From contig AP024596.1 in assembly GCA_019704295.1 (NCBI GenBank), positions 544,001 to 608,000 of the forward strand: DNA of 64,000 nucleotides, in the 5' to 3' direction. The DNA is from Sulfolobales archaeon HS-7. GTDB taxonomy: Archaea; Thermoproteota; Thermoprotei_A; Sulfolobales; Sulfolobaceae. The position numbers were made by a program, and so were the translations under genes. The notes beneath the pieces were generated by a model. The model did no database searches. It was given only the letters and a program-made list of their open reading frames with translations, and had not been told where the DNA came from. Positions 51,225-60,847 of this stretch are shown here, one piece after another; position 1 is the stretch's first letter, and every line of letters begins with the position of its first letter.

Positions 51225-51617
51225 CTAAATATTACCTATCGTCGATTTATTAATAGTGTTTTCTTTATTCTCACTTAAACTGAAGTATACCTCTTCCAGT
51301 ATTTCCATAACTCTTATCAGCCAACTATGAATTATCTCAGGTTTTTCTCCCTCTATGTTGTTTACAAATTCGATAACATCAATTAATTGACCTATTAATT
51401 CTGGATTTATCATTTTATTTTTCATGAGGAAAAATATCATGCCGTGCATGTCATCGGTGGAGATCCCGTAATAAGACTTTATCTTCATTAATACCTCGTT
51501 GAGAAGACGCTTTGTCGCATTAACCGTGTCGGTTATAACCAAAGGACTCGTCGAGAACGTTTCCTCATCAATTAATGCAGCCTTTTCTATAATCTTATAA
51601 TCCTCCCAAAATCCCAT
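51225..51617 (-). CDS. HEPN/DUF86-like helical protein lacking the RxxxxH motif
   Basis: 130 aa, all-helical; L..NKMIN.EL pattern; no catalytic motif. Confidence 0.5.
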   Translation of the reverse strand: MGFWEDYKIIEKAALIDEETFSTSPLVITDTVNATKRLLNEVLMKIKSYYGISTDDMHGMIFFLMKNKMINPELIGQLIDVIEFVNNIEGEKPEIIHSWLIRVMEILEEVYFSLSENKENTINKSTIGNI

Positions 51618-51627
51618 ACGTTCTCCT

Positions 51628-51858
51628 CTATTGCGCCTCTCTCTCTATGATTTGTAATGCCGCTTTGAGTTTATCTCCTCTTCTCTTTGCATACTCCTTT
51701 ATGGCTTCGGTTGCTACTAAATTAAGCTTTTTCCTCTCAACCGCCGCCACAGTTACTAATAGATAATATATGTCTTCATCTATGTATAGGTTAAGGCGAT
51801 GCTTTTTCTTTTTATCTTCAGTTGGCACAAACCTCACCTTATGTATATTAAGTTCCAA
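51628..51858 (-). CDS. Ribbon-helix-helix DNA-binding protein
   Basis: RLNLYIDEDIYYLL..VAA.E.K.LNLVATEAIKEY. Confidence 0.8.
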   Translation of the reverse strand: MELNIHKVRFVPTEDKKKKHRLNLYIDEDIYYLLVTVAAVERKKLNLVATEAIKEYAKRRGDKLKAALQIIEREAQ

Positions 51859-51872
51859 AGTTAAAAGTGTTC

Positions 51873-52979
51873 TTACTCAAATTCTATTGTTGCAGGCGGT
51901 TTTGATGTAATATCATACATAACTTCACCAACGTCAGCAATGGTTATTATCCGTCTAGCGAGTGATTCTAGTTGTTCAATCGGTAATAACGGAACATCCG
52001 CCGTCATATAGTCTTCGGTATCTACTACCCTGATGACGACAGCGTATCGTCCGTTACTCTCTCTAATGGTATAAAGAGCGTGAGTTATATCATAGGCAAA
52101 TAATGCTCTTGCTGTATAACCTATATTGGGATATGGTGCACCTCTAGATATGGAGACTACTGATCCATATTGCCTGACATCTCCTTTTACCCCAGTGGCC
52201 TTAACTCTATATCTTTTGACCTGGTAGCCAACTATACTACTGAGCTTATCGTCGGGTATTGCATCATTCTCAAAAACTACTCCAAAAGTTTGAGAATGTC
52301 CGCTTATTTCATTTTCAATTATTCCAGTGACTTCCCTACACAGATTCAGTTTTTCAACGTTTATGGATCCAGGAACTCTAACGAGAAGACCAGGACCAGG
52401 AAACGGTTGTCTAAATATTATCTCTTTAGGTAAACCTAATCTCTCTGCAACAATCCTTACTTCGTTTTTGTATAGGTCCGCTAAAGGCTCAATAACGCTA
52501 AATCCGTACTCCCTTCTCGGATCTAACCCAATCTGAGTCAGAACATTATGTTGTGTTTTAATCCCCCCTTGGGTTTCAACCCAATCAGCAGCAATAGTAC
52601 CTTGAACGAGGTATTTAGCGCCTATTTCTCTCGCAATACTAGATAACGTTTCATAAAACGTTTTCCTGAAAACCTTTCTTTTTTGCTCAGCATCATAAAT
52701 TCCTTCTAATCTCCGATAAAATTCAGCTGATCTGTCAATCACGTTAACGTCCATAATTCCCTTAAGAAGTCTCTTCACATTATTCCCTTCGTTTTTCCTG
52801 AGCATTCCGGTATCTATTATTACGGGAAATACTTTTTCCCCTAATGCCTTATAAGTCAAAGCGACGGCGGTTGTGCTATCAACTCCTCCGCTTACCGCGG
52901 CTAAAATTCTACCCTTGTCCCCATAGTTATTCCTTAATTCCCTTATTGTCTCCTCAATGAACTTATCCGGATTGAACAT
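51873..52979 (-). CDS. guaAB: GMP synthase, ATP pyrophosphatase subunit
   Basis: SGGVDS, QGTI, IKTQHNV, RQPFPGPGL, KPPATIEFE. Confidence 0.94.
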   Translation of the reverse strand: MFNPDKFIEETIRELRNNYGDKGRILAAVSGGVDSTTAVALTYKALGEKVFPVIIDTGMLRKNEGNNVKRLLKGIMDVNVIDRSAEFYRRLEGIYDAEQKRKVFRKTFYETLSSIAREIGAKYLVQGTIAADWVETQGGIKTQHNVLTQIGLDPRREYGFSVIEPLADLYKNEVRIVAERLGLPKEIIFRQPFPGPGLLVRVPGSINVEKLNLCREVTGIIENEISGHSQTFGVVFENDAIPDDKLSSIVGYQVKRYRVKATGVKGDVRQYGSVVSISRGAPYPNIGYTARALFAYDITHALYTIRESNGRYAVVIRVVDTEDYMTADVPLLPIEQLESLARRIITIADVGEVMYDITSKPPATIEFE

Positions 52980-53137
52980 TAACTTAATGAAGGCATACTT
53001 TCTGATAAGTTTTTAGTTCTTTTTACACTTTTCCATAGTAAAGGACAAATTTATCGAAGCTAATTCAAGGTTAACCGGATTTAGCAATCACAAGCATTCG
53101 GTTAACCGTACTCCTCATAAACTTCAACATATTCAAT

Positions 53138-53416
53138 GTGAACTAACTCCGCTACCGGCAGGACTTTCTAATTCGTTACCCACCTTGCCTAAAGGGTGAC
53201 GGTCACATGTTAAGGTGGTTCCCAACATGCATTAAACTTTATGTCTAGGGTATCTCATACTATTACTGGAGCAGAGACTTACCGCATCAACCCTAGCCTA
53301 GGCGTCTTGATGACTCTATCAGCGGTTACCAGTAAATCCGCGTCTCTTTTTTTGTAGTTAAACTTAACTACAAAGCGATTCTCATCTCTACCTTAAAGAT
53401 GGAGTTTTCGCCTCAT
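53138..53416 (-). mobile_element. SMN1-like non-autonomous IS605-family mini-element (~280 bp)
   Basis: On the minus strand: TTTAA|ATGAGGCGAAAACTCC left end, near-perfect palindrome TTTGTAGTTAAGTTTAACTACAAA, no ORF, right end ...GGAGTTAGTTCAC. Confidence 0.8.
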
Positions 53417-53567
53417 TTAAACACTCAATAAAATTCTAGAGAGTTATACTAACGCTTTCTATCCTGAAGTAAACTAACAATGAACCTGTAGCCTAGGTTT
53501 AAGATGATGGAAGGCTTTATTAACAGTATAAACTAAGGGAAATATTGATAAGCAGATGAGTTGGGAT

Positions 53568-53696
53568 GGGCCCGTAGCTCAGTTAGGCAGAGCGTTGGGC
53601 TCCAGATAATCTTTGGGTCTTCCGACCATAAAGGGATGATATATATCTGGAGCGGGAGAGACCCAAAGGTCGCGGGTTCAAATCCCGTCGGGCCCA
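53568..53696 (+). tRNA. tRNA-Trp(CCA) with a 55-nt intron at 37/38 (53606-53660)
   Basis: GGGCCCG/CGGGCCC acceptor stem, TTGGG/CCCAA anticodon stem, CCA at 53602-04, GGTTCAAATCC T-arm; CTCC/GGAG helix at the splice sites. Confidence 0.95.
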
Positions 53697-53697
53697 T

Positions 53698-54765
53698 TCA
53701 TCGAACGAGGGAGAGAAGTATTGCGATGGCAAGAAGCGCTAAGAATATACTTTGCAACGAATTCAAGGTCTTCGTATTACTTATTAGCCTTCCTAATACT
53801 TCATTGAATAGTTTTCCTCCGTCTGTTATTATTAACGGAAGAGCGTTAAGAGCAGCTAAACTAAAGTTAACCACGTACATCCAGAAAACGAAATTGACTA
53901 TAGGGTAAAATGAAGCCGATATATCGTCTTCAACATAAATTCCGAGCTTTCCGCCCTTTGTAGTTAAGTTCCTTAATGTCATGACAGTACCGTTGGTCAA
54001 GATCGTGAGACTCACCTTAGGAGGTAAAGGCTCAACAGAAGAGAGTTGATTTACATCTCTGATCGTGATGTTATTTACCCTGACAATCACGTCTCCAGGA
54101 TGAAGAAATTCACCCGCAGGGTAAGTTGAATTAACGGAGACGATTAACACCCCATTTGAAGCCGTGTTGACTAAAGGGGTAAATAAAGCGAGAAAAAGTA
54201 AAGCCATTATTAAGTTAATGGCTATACCTGCCGATATGATTCTAATCCGTGATGAGCGCTTAGCTAAATTAAGTCCCTCCTCATCCGGTTCTACAAAAGC
54301 TCCAGGAAAAACAGCTAAAACGAATAGTCCTATTGACTTCACGGTAATTCCCTCCGATGTCGAAGCCAGTGCATGCATTAACTCATGTATTGTTATCGAT
54401 AAAACTAGGGCAATGGCTATATAGAGAAACTGATATATGGAGACGGTCACTCCAGGGATAATAGGCACTAACTTGGCTGAGGAATGAGACATGGTAAAAG
54501 AGGACAGGATAACGCTTACTACTAAGTATATGCCTAACGCCATCGATATAAACGCTACACCAGTTAATATATTATTAAATACTTTGAAAGCCCTGCTTCT
54601 AGTTAAGGTGGGTAACCACTCACTCCTACTTTTCCTTCTCCATATTAATAGAAGAGGAAGAAGTGTGATACCCTTTTTACTAAGGTATTCTGCTTTTTTA
54701 CTAAGTGCAACAGACAGCAGAATCCACGCTAGTAATATTAGCTCTACTATAATCAAGGATTGCAT
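53698..54765 (-). CDS. Site-2 protease (M50) with PDZ domain
   Basis: HELMH, GAFVEP, NALPL..DGG. Confidence 0.92.
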   Translation of the reverse strand: MQSLIIVELILLAWILLSVALSKKAEYLSKKGITLLPLLLIWRRKSRSEWLPTLTRSRAFKVFNNILTGVAFISMALGIYLVVSVILSSFTMSHSSAKLVPIIPGVTVSIYQFLYIAIALVLSITIHELMHALASTSEGITVKSIGLFVLAVFPGAFVEPDEEGLNLAKRSSRIRIISAGIAINLIMALLFLALFTPLVNTASNGVLIVSVNSTYPAGEFLHPGDVIVRVNNITIRDVNQLSSVEPLPPKVSLTILTNGTVMTLRNLTTKGGKLGIYVEDDISASFYPIVNFVFWMYVVNFSLAALNALPLIITDGGKLFNEVLGRLISNTKTLNSLQSIFLALLAIAILLSLVR

Positions 54766-54784
54766 ATATTAACTCATCTTATGA

Positions 54785-55429
54785 ATGATTATATCGTTTA
54801 TGGAAAGAAGCTATTCTCCAGAACATTGGAGTCTACTAAACTCACTAAGGAGAAGGGCGATAGCCATACTAGAGGAGTTGTCGCGAATGGGTATGCGGGG
54901 CAATGTTTACGGTTCGATAGCTAGGGGTGACGTAAACCAGCACAGTGATATAGACGTGGTTGTAGAGAATCCCGACTTTATAAAGCTTGATATGATACCC
55001 TATTCTCATAGATTCGTCGTACAAGCCACCCCTAAATCTACCCCTAAGGTATACATATCGCTTGATCCTGAGGAAAAGGAAATAATATCCTTTCCAATAG
55101 GTAAATTAACTAGAGATGAATACTTCTTCTTTAAATTCGGAGGTATGATTTCGCTTGATGAAATGAAAGAAGGGAAAAGGGTTCCAGGTATCAATAAGCA
55201 ATTACTTTTAATAATCCCGAGAAAGGATGGTCATACCTCCGTAGAAGTTAATGGAAACGAGGCCTACGTTTCAAAGGTAATTGGAATTCCTCTTTCCACA
55301 GTTAAGGAAAGGGAAAGAGTATTGCAGAAGAGGAAAGAACAGGGAAGAACTGGAGTCTTCTTTAAATATGAGTTGTATCCTAACGAGAGCATTTTGGAGG
55401 CCTTAAACAACATTAAGAGGAGAAGGTAA
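54785..55429 (+). CDS. Pol-beta-family nucleotidyltransferase (archaeal, COG2413-like)
   Basis: YGSIARGD...SDID; QATP..TPK; GRTGVF. Confidence 0.85.
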   Translation: MIISFMERSYSPEHWSLLNSLRRRAIAILEELSRMGMRGNVYGSIARGDVNQHSDIDVVVENPDFIKLDMIPYSHRFVVQATPKSTPKVYISLDPEEKEIISFPIGKLTRDEYFFFKFGGMISLDEMKEGKRVPGINKQLLLIIPRKDGHTSVEVNGNEAYVSKVIGIPLSTVKERERVLQKRKEQGRTGVFFKYELYPNESILEALNNIKRRR

Positions 55430-55944
55430 TGATTGAGTGTGTTGGCAAGAGGAAATATTATCTATCGGGAAGCTACGTTTGTGAGTTTAATCTTTTCGGG
55501 AAGAGGGTTGGATTATTAACGTTTTTTCCTAGAAGAGAAGTTTACTCACCCTGGGCCGACCTAGACTACTCGCCATGGCCACGTAAGTATAATAAGGAAG
55601 TAGATATAGTCACTTATCTAGTGAATCTAGTAGGACCTGGAGGGAAGGTAATGATCTCCTATGAAAGCGATGAAGAGACGAGAAAGTTGCTATTAAGGGG
55701 TATTCCACCTCAAATAACCCCCCTTGGTTTCTCAATGGTTAAAAGTGGGATAACCTGGTTTAAGGATTGGTACTTCGCAGAGGGAGGTAATGAGGGAAAC
55801 GTGAAATTACAAGGAAATGTGCCCCTGCATGAATCGGAGAGAAAGAGACAACTTTTAGAATTGCTAGAGGAAATTAAGAATTACGGTGACGCGTTAAGCG
55901 TTAAAGTAAAGAGGTATATAAATGATGAACTCAATCGTAGGTAA
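55429..55944 (+). CDS. DUF1122 family protein
   Basis: TPLGF...TWFKDWYFAEGGNEG..KLQG. Confidence 0.8.
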   Translation: MIECVGKRKYYLSGSYVCEFNLFGKRVGLLTFFPRREVYSPWADLDYSPWPRKYNKEVDIVTYLVNLVGPGGKVMISYESDEETRKLLLRGIPPQITPLGFSMVKSGITWFKDWYFAEGGNEGNVKLQGNVPLHESERKRQLLELLEEIKNYGDALSVKVKRYINDELNRR

Positions 55945-56950
55945 TCCGGAAGTTGGAATATACAGAGGACGCTTGCCAATTGGATGCGAATTATGTAGGA
56001 TTGGGGCTAAGCTGGTTATTTTCGTTACAGGAGAATGCGGAGATAACTGCTTCTATTGTCCAGTTAGTGAGAAGCGATTCGGAAAAGATCGGATTTTCGC
56101 GAATGAGAGTGAGGTTAATGACACTAACGAGATTATTTGGGAAGCGTATAGGATGTCAGCACTAGGAGCTAGTATAACTGGAGGCGATCCTTTACTTCAT
56201 TTGGATAGGACAGTCAAGATCGTTACTGCGCTAAAGGAGGAATTCGGTTCTCAATTTCACATACACCTCTATACAAGTGGAAGATATGCAACGACAGACG
56301 CGATAAGGGAATTAGCTTACGCTGGATTAGACGAAATCAGGTTCCACCCTATAAACGAGAAATACCTCAAATTTGCGGAGAGAGCCACTACATTTGATAT
56401 TGACGTAGGAATAGAAATACCAGCTGTTCCAGGTCAGGAAAAGTTTATAATTGATGTTATAAAATGGGCCGAAAATAACAAAGTGAAATTCGTTAACATA
56501 AACGAACTTGAAGTCACTGAAAGGAATTACACTAATCTTTTGCCCATGGGGATCAAAGTCGAACATGGAATAGCTGGGGGGAGTAAAAGTGCGGAATTAG
56601 CTATAGGAATAGTAAAAGAATTAGAACCTTCTAAAATATCACTACATTATTGCAGTTCAGTTTACAAGGATATAGTAGAAACTCGAACAAGGTTCATTCG
56701 GACAGCGAAGAACGTCAGAAAACCCTATGAAGAAATAACTGGCGAGGGAACCATAATAAGACTAGTTACCAAAAAATGGAACAGAGACCTTGAAACATAC
56801 GGGGAAGTAATAGGCAACGAGCTTCACCTTTCGCCTAATCTTGATAAGGAGATTTTACATAGCATAGATGAGGCGTGGTTAGTGGAAACGCACCCAGACG
56901 CGAGAAGACTTGAAATATCAAGAACTCGCATACGTTATCCTGAATCTTAA
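55922..56950 (+). CDS. Radical SAM protein (COG2108-like)
   Basis: GCELC..GAK, CGDNCFYC, TGGDP, LDEIRFH, NINELE, HYC. Confidence 0.88.
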   Translation: MMNSIVGNPEVGIYRGRLPIGCELCRIGAKLVIFVTGECGDNCFYCPVSEKRFGKDRIFANESEVNDTNEIIWEAYRMSALGASITGGDPLLHLDRTVKIVTALKEEFGSQFHIHLYTSGRYATTDAIRELAYAGLDEIRFHPINEKYLKFAERATTFDIDVGIEIPAVPGQEKFIIDVIKWAENNKVKFVNINELEVTERNYTNLLPMGIKVEHGIAGGSKSAELAIGIVKELEPSKISLHYCSSVYKDIVETRTRFIRTAKNVRKPYEEITGEGTIIRLVTKKWNRDLETYGEVIGNELHLSPNLDKEILHSIDEAWLVETHPDARRLEISRTRIRYPES

Positions 56951-57946
56951 TGTAGATGCGATTCCTCCTAGTGACTTTATCTTATCATACGCGTTTGATT
57001 CCTTAGGAACTATTCTTACCTTACCTCTCTGCTTCTCAACTTCCCTAAGGAGACTCTCAATTTTCCCTGATTCGTCAGATGTTATAATATCTTCTACGAC
57101 AAATAACGTATCTATAGCACCCAATTCAGAGGCTTTACTAACTTCCTCTAAGCCGTATGCGTAAAGCCCGGTGTCCCTCGACATCAAGTAAAATAACATC
57201 TCTACCTCTTTTTCGGTCTCGGAAAGTTCGTAATCTCTAATTGCTATGCTAACTATGTCTTTTTTCAATAGTTCGTAAAGTCCGCTCCTATCGGCATTAC
57301 TTACCCTATCCTCGTATATGGAGAGGGAGGCAAGATGTCGCTTAACCTTGTCCTTAAACGTACCGGGACCGGCAAGTATGACTTTGGTGATACCCCTATT
57401 CTTGGCATAAGAGATTATTCTCTTAGCTAACTCTAACGCGTTGTCCTCAGAGTAATCCAAATCGTCTGACGGCGGCTTTAGCGTCCCCTCCTCAATTACT
57501 TTCACCCCTTGGATCATGGGAATTGCAAATAGGTATTCATCATAATCGACTAGCACAATCATAACTCCCTCCCTCCTCTCCTCAGCCTTTCTTAACCTTT
57601 CCAATTCGAAGGTCGTCCACTTGGATTTGATTATCACTAATGGGTTTCCTAAATCTAGGTTTATTGTATGATGAAATCCTTTAATTCCGTATCTTTCAGG
57701 CGCTTCAATTATTATTCCATGGATTCTGAGTCTAGTCGTGAATTCCTGAAACTCGACTTTCTCTACCCTTAATCTAATGATGATGGGGATTCTTTTACTG
57801 GAAGTCTCATTACTTATATCCCTAGTTGTTTTCGCAATTACCTCATCGCCTCGCCTTAATATCACCTTAATTGTCCACAGATCGTCCTCAACTTCGGGCA
57901 AAATCTCCATTTCCCCCGTTTTTTCGTTAAAACTCAAAATCCTCAT
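56918..57946 (-). CDS. pelA: Pelota / Dom34 mRNA surveillance factor
   Basis: EDDLW, RLRIHG, HHTINL, AGPG, YG..EV..A..GA, LGGIA..LRF; likely start is the ATG at 57946. Confidence 0.93.
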   Translation of the reverse strand: MRILSFNEKTGEMEILPEVEDDLWTIKVILRRGDEVIAKTTRDISNETSSKRIPIIIRLRVEKVEFQEFTTRLRIHGIIIEAPERYGIKGFHHTINLDLGNPLVIIKSKWTTFELERLRKAEERREGVMIVLVDYDEYLFAIPMIQGVKVIEEGTLKPPSDDLDYSEDNALELAKRIISYAKNRGITKVILAGPGTFKDKVKRHLASLSIYEDRVSNADRSGLYELLKKDIVSIAIRDYELSETEKEVEMLFYLMSRDTGLYAYGLEEVSKASELGAIDTLFVVEDIITSDESGKIESLLREVEKQRGKVRIVPKESNAYDKIKSLGGIASTLRFRITYASS

Positions 57947-57962
57947 TGGATAATACAGTACT

Positions 57963-58424
57963 ATGGAAATCAAAATTAATAAGGCTAAACAGGAAGATTT
58001 GGAAGAAATTTACAATATAGAACTTCAGAGCTTCTCAACACCTTACCCTTACATGCTGTTAAGATCATTAATGATACTCTTTGGAGAACTTTTCATAGTT
58101 GCAAGAGACGAGGAAAATATAGCGGGCTACGCGATTGGTGCAATTAGACATAGGTACATGGGACACGTCATTTCCATCGCAGTCAAACCAGAATACAGAA
58201 ACAGAGGAATTGGTAAGTCGCTTCTTAGAACTTTGGAAACGTATTTTAGAAGCATGAATGCGCTGTATTCTTATCTAGAGGTTGACACAAGTAATTCCAT
58301 AGCGCTTAATCTATACAGGAAAGCTTCATATTTAGTTATGGGAACCCATAAGGATTATTATGGGAAAGGTAAGCATGCGTTTGTTATGATAAAGAACCTT
58401 CATCATAACCTAGATTTAGAATGA
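57963..58424 (+). CDS. rimI: RimI/Ard1-type GNAT N-acetyltransferase
   Basis: HVISIAV.PEYRNRGIG, LEV..SN..A..LY, YY. Confidence 0.88.
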   Translation: MEIKINKAKQEDLEEIYNIELQSFSTPYPYMLLRSLMILFGELFIVARDEENIAGYAIGAIRHRYMGHVISIAVKPEYRNRGIGKSLLRTLETYFRSMNALYSYLEVDTSNSIALNLYRKASYLVMGTHKDYYGKGKHAFVMIKNLHHNLDLE

Positions 58425-58479
58425 CACTGGACCGTTTCTCTTAAGAGTTACACAATTTTAGAGTTAGGCCTTTCGCCGT

Positions 58480-58650
58480 AATTATTAGTTATCCGTCCTC
58501 ATCACCCTCCTCTCTTGCCATCTACGGAACTGACTCGCATTTAGGACATGTGGAGTTTCGTTGAATGTTTCCCTTTCACATTGTTCATTTAATTCATTAA
58601 GGCGCCCTCCGTTTTAACATCTGCGTAAAAGTTTGAAAATTTCGGCTCTT
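58480..58650 (-). pseudogene. Highly decayed tnpB fragments
   Basis: Minus-strand remnants YADVKTEGAL (N-terminus-like) and TCPKC (Zn ribbon). Confidence 0.35.
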
Positions 58651-58890
58651 GCCCTTATGGAGCGAACGGATTCCGGATCAGCAGTAGAGTAAGTACGGAA
58701 AAAGGAGTGGTATAACAATATCCTCAAAACTGGGGGATAAGGGAAAAATACAGGGTAAGAAGTGAATTATAATTGGTATCTTACCAGATTAGGAGGAGTA
58801 GTCTGATTTACTATAGGGAGGCACTTTAGGACCTCCTATTCGTTAGCGTGAACGACTAGATCGATTTTGAAGTTATTAAAGGACTCCGAA

Positions 58891-59247
58891 TTATTGCTTG
58901 GATAGATATCCCGACATATAGGCAAAATTGGAAAGAACACCCAAAGCCAAAGCTAAATGTATGTAAGGGACTACAATACTGTATAAAGAAGAAGAAATCA
59001 GTACAAATCCAACGCCTAATAAACCGTTCAAGGCAATTATTATTGCATTGCCTAAGGACATACGTTTTATAATGGGGAATCTAGCATTTGAGTAAACCAT
59101 TATTGAAGCGAAAAATAGAATTAGCCCCAGAACGACATGTATAACAAGAATATAATTAAGGAATGAATTGCTTAAGATAAACCCTACAATAATGTCAATT
59201 AACGTTAACCAAGTTAGGTAAAAAGGGAGTTTAGCTTCACTGTTCAT
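58891..59247 (-). CDS. Hypothetical four-TM membrane protein
   Basis: 118 aa, hydrophobic, with two His in helices (IHVVLG, IHLALA). Confidence 0.7.
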   Translation of the reverse strand: MNSEAKLPFYLTWLTLIDIIVGFILSNSFLNYILVIHVVLGLILFFASIMVYSNARFPIIKRMSLGNAIIIALNGLLGVGFVLISSSLYSIVVPYIHLALALGVLSNFAYMSGYLSKQ

Positions 59248-59310
59248 AAAAACGTGTCTTTCTCCTGTTTATTAAGTTGTTGTACAAAGGGGTGTATTTG
59301 GCGCTCATAT

Positions 59311-60003
59311 ATGAACTCATTCCTTCCTAAAGGAAGCGACTTCCTACTTCTCAGACCCACCTTGTCAGTAATATAGGGTGGAGCTCTACGGGCCCTGAGG
59401 GTCGCACCGATCTACGTAAGATTTTCAGGGAATCGTTGTAATCTAGATCGGTTCCCTACCTACAATGGGAACAGAAAAAGATTCGATCGGAGAGGGTAAG
59501 GTGTTCCCTCGCTTGACAGTATTTAACGTGCAATAAATGTAATTTACTTTAAAAACTAACTTTTAGTACTTAGAAATAGCTACCTTAAAACGCTCAATTG
59601 GGGCAATAATACAGGGGACTATAAGGAATTAAACGGCTTGGTTTACTTCATAGGCTTGAAATATCCAGCAGTACCCTCAGTAAACGTCGACCTCATTGCC
59701 CTGAAAACCTCGTTTTTAGCCTTGATCCTTGAAAGATATGCTTAATAAACTAATTTTATATTATCTCTCCTCGCAAGCAAGCGAATTTAAATTCTAGATA
59801 GATTGTTTTATAACTTTTTAGTTTATTTAGTTATTCATGTTAATTATGCATTGAGCGCAATCCCAGGCCTTTAATGCCGTCAACTTTTATCGACGTAAGT
59901 CCTAAACTTAAATCCCACATCGGACACTGGGAGAACACTACGTCATGATTTGTTATTCTTTAGGACAAGGAGATATCCATTCCGTGCGGGTTTTTCGCCA
60001 CCT
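59311..60003 (-). mobile_element. Internally deleted IS605-type tnpB element
   Basis: 59311-59500 aligns with the right end at 44329-44530 (CTTCTCAG..CACCTTG..GGGCCCT..TCGCACCGA..CGTAAGATTTT). N-terminal relic DVGFKFRTY near 59900; left end follows TTCAA (60004-60008). Confidence 0.7.
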
Positions 60004-60355
60004 TTGAACCCTCTATTATAATATTATTAAGGTATTATCGTCGCAGAACCTATATTGTTAGTATTGCCTTACTTAATGACACGACCTAAGGGTTTAACAA
60101 TTTTAGTGAGATTTACAGGTCTGAGCTCAAAACTATCTCATCTACTCTTAATTTCTTGAAAATTCAGGAATTATAGAGAGGAAGATAGTGAACACTAGCC
60201 CGTTTAAAGCAAATTATGTCCTTAAGGAAAGGAACTAGGGTAATTTTTAACAACACAATAAATCGAGGGAACAAGTGAACAAAAAAGTAACTGCCTGTTT
60301 AGCTGTCATAGCGGATTTTAAAGTGATTATCTCAGTACAATTTGCAATTAGATAG

Positions 60356-60751
60356 TCATGGGATTACCGTTACTTGCACTTTCCTTTTCCTGGGACCATC
60401 AAACTCCAGTAATATAATCCTTTGCCAAGTTCCTAGATCTAATTTACCGTGACTAATGTTTACAGTTCTGGAGTTTCCAACAAGCGAACATATTAAGTGA
60501 GCGTGACCGTTGTTATCAATCTCGTTATGCTTATATCTGAAATCTACTGGAAAAAGTCTGATGTACTGTTCTATGAGATCATTCAAGAGACCCTTTTCCG
60601 CCTCATTAATTGTAATACAACAAGTAGTATGCTTTACTGAAATTAAGGCTATCCCATTTGTTACCGATTTAATTTTCTCTTCTACAAATTGAGTTATGTC
60701 AATAGCTTGGAATCTATAATTGGTATCTAATTCAATTTCGTCTATTAACAT
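60356..60751 (-). CDS. yjbQ: YjbQ/UPF0047 family (secondary thiamine-phosphate synthase)
   Basis: HTTC..TINE, NGHAH, LGTWQ, EFDGPR. Confidence 0.92.
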   Translation of the reverse strand: MLIDEIELDTNYRFQAIDITQFVEEKIKSVTNGIALISVKHTTCCITINEAEKGLLNDLIEQYIRLFPVDFRYKHNEIDNNGHAHLICSLVGNSRTVNISHGKLDLGTWQRIILLEFDGPRKRKVQVTVIP

Positions 60752-60847
60752 TCCTCTTCATAATAATTGCCCCTTATTATACGAAAAGTTTTTCTCATAA
60801 CCAAATCAGAAAATGTTATAACCCTGAGTGGAGGAAAGTGAAGGAAA

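Noticed and set aside
53561-53908. 115-aa ORF over tRNA-Trp
   Set aside because: Shadow ORF across a tRNA and antisense to the site-2 protease.
58660-58880. Possible IS1-like relic (YLTRL-like fragment)
   Set aside because: Too short and degraded to support without a search.
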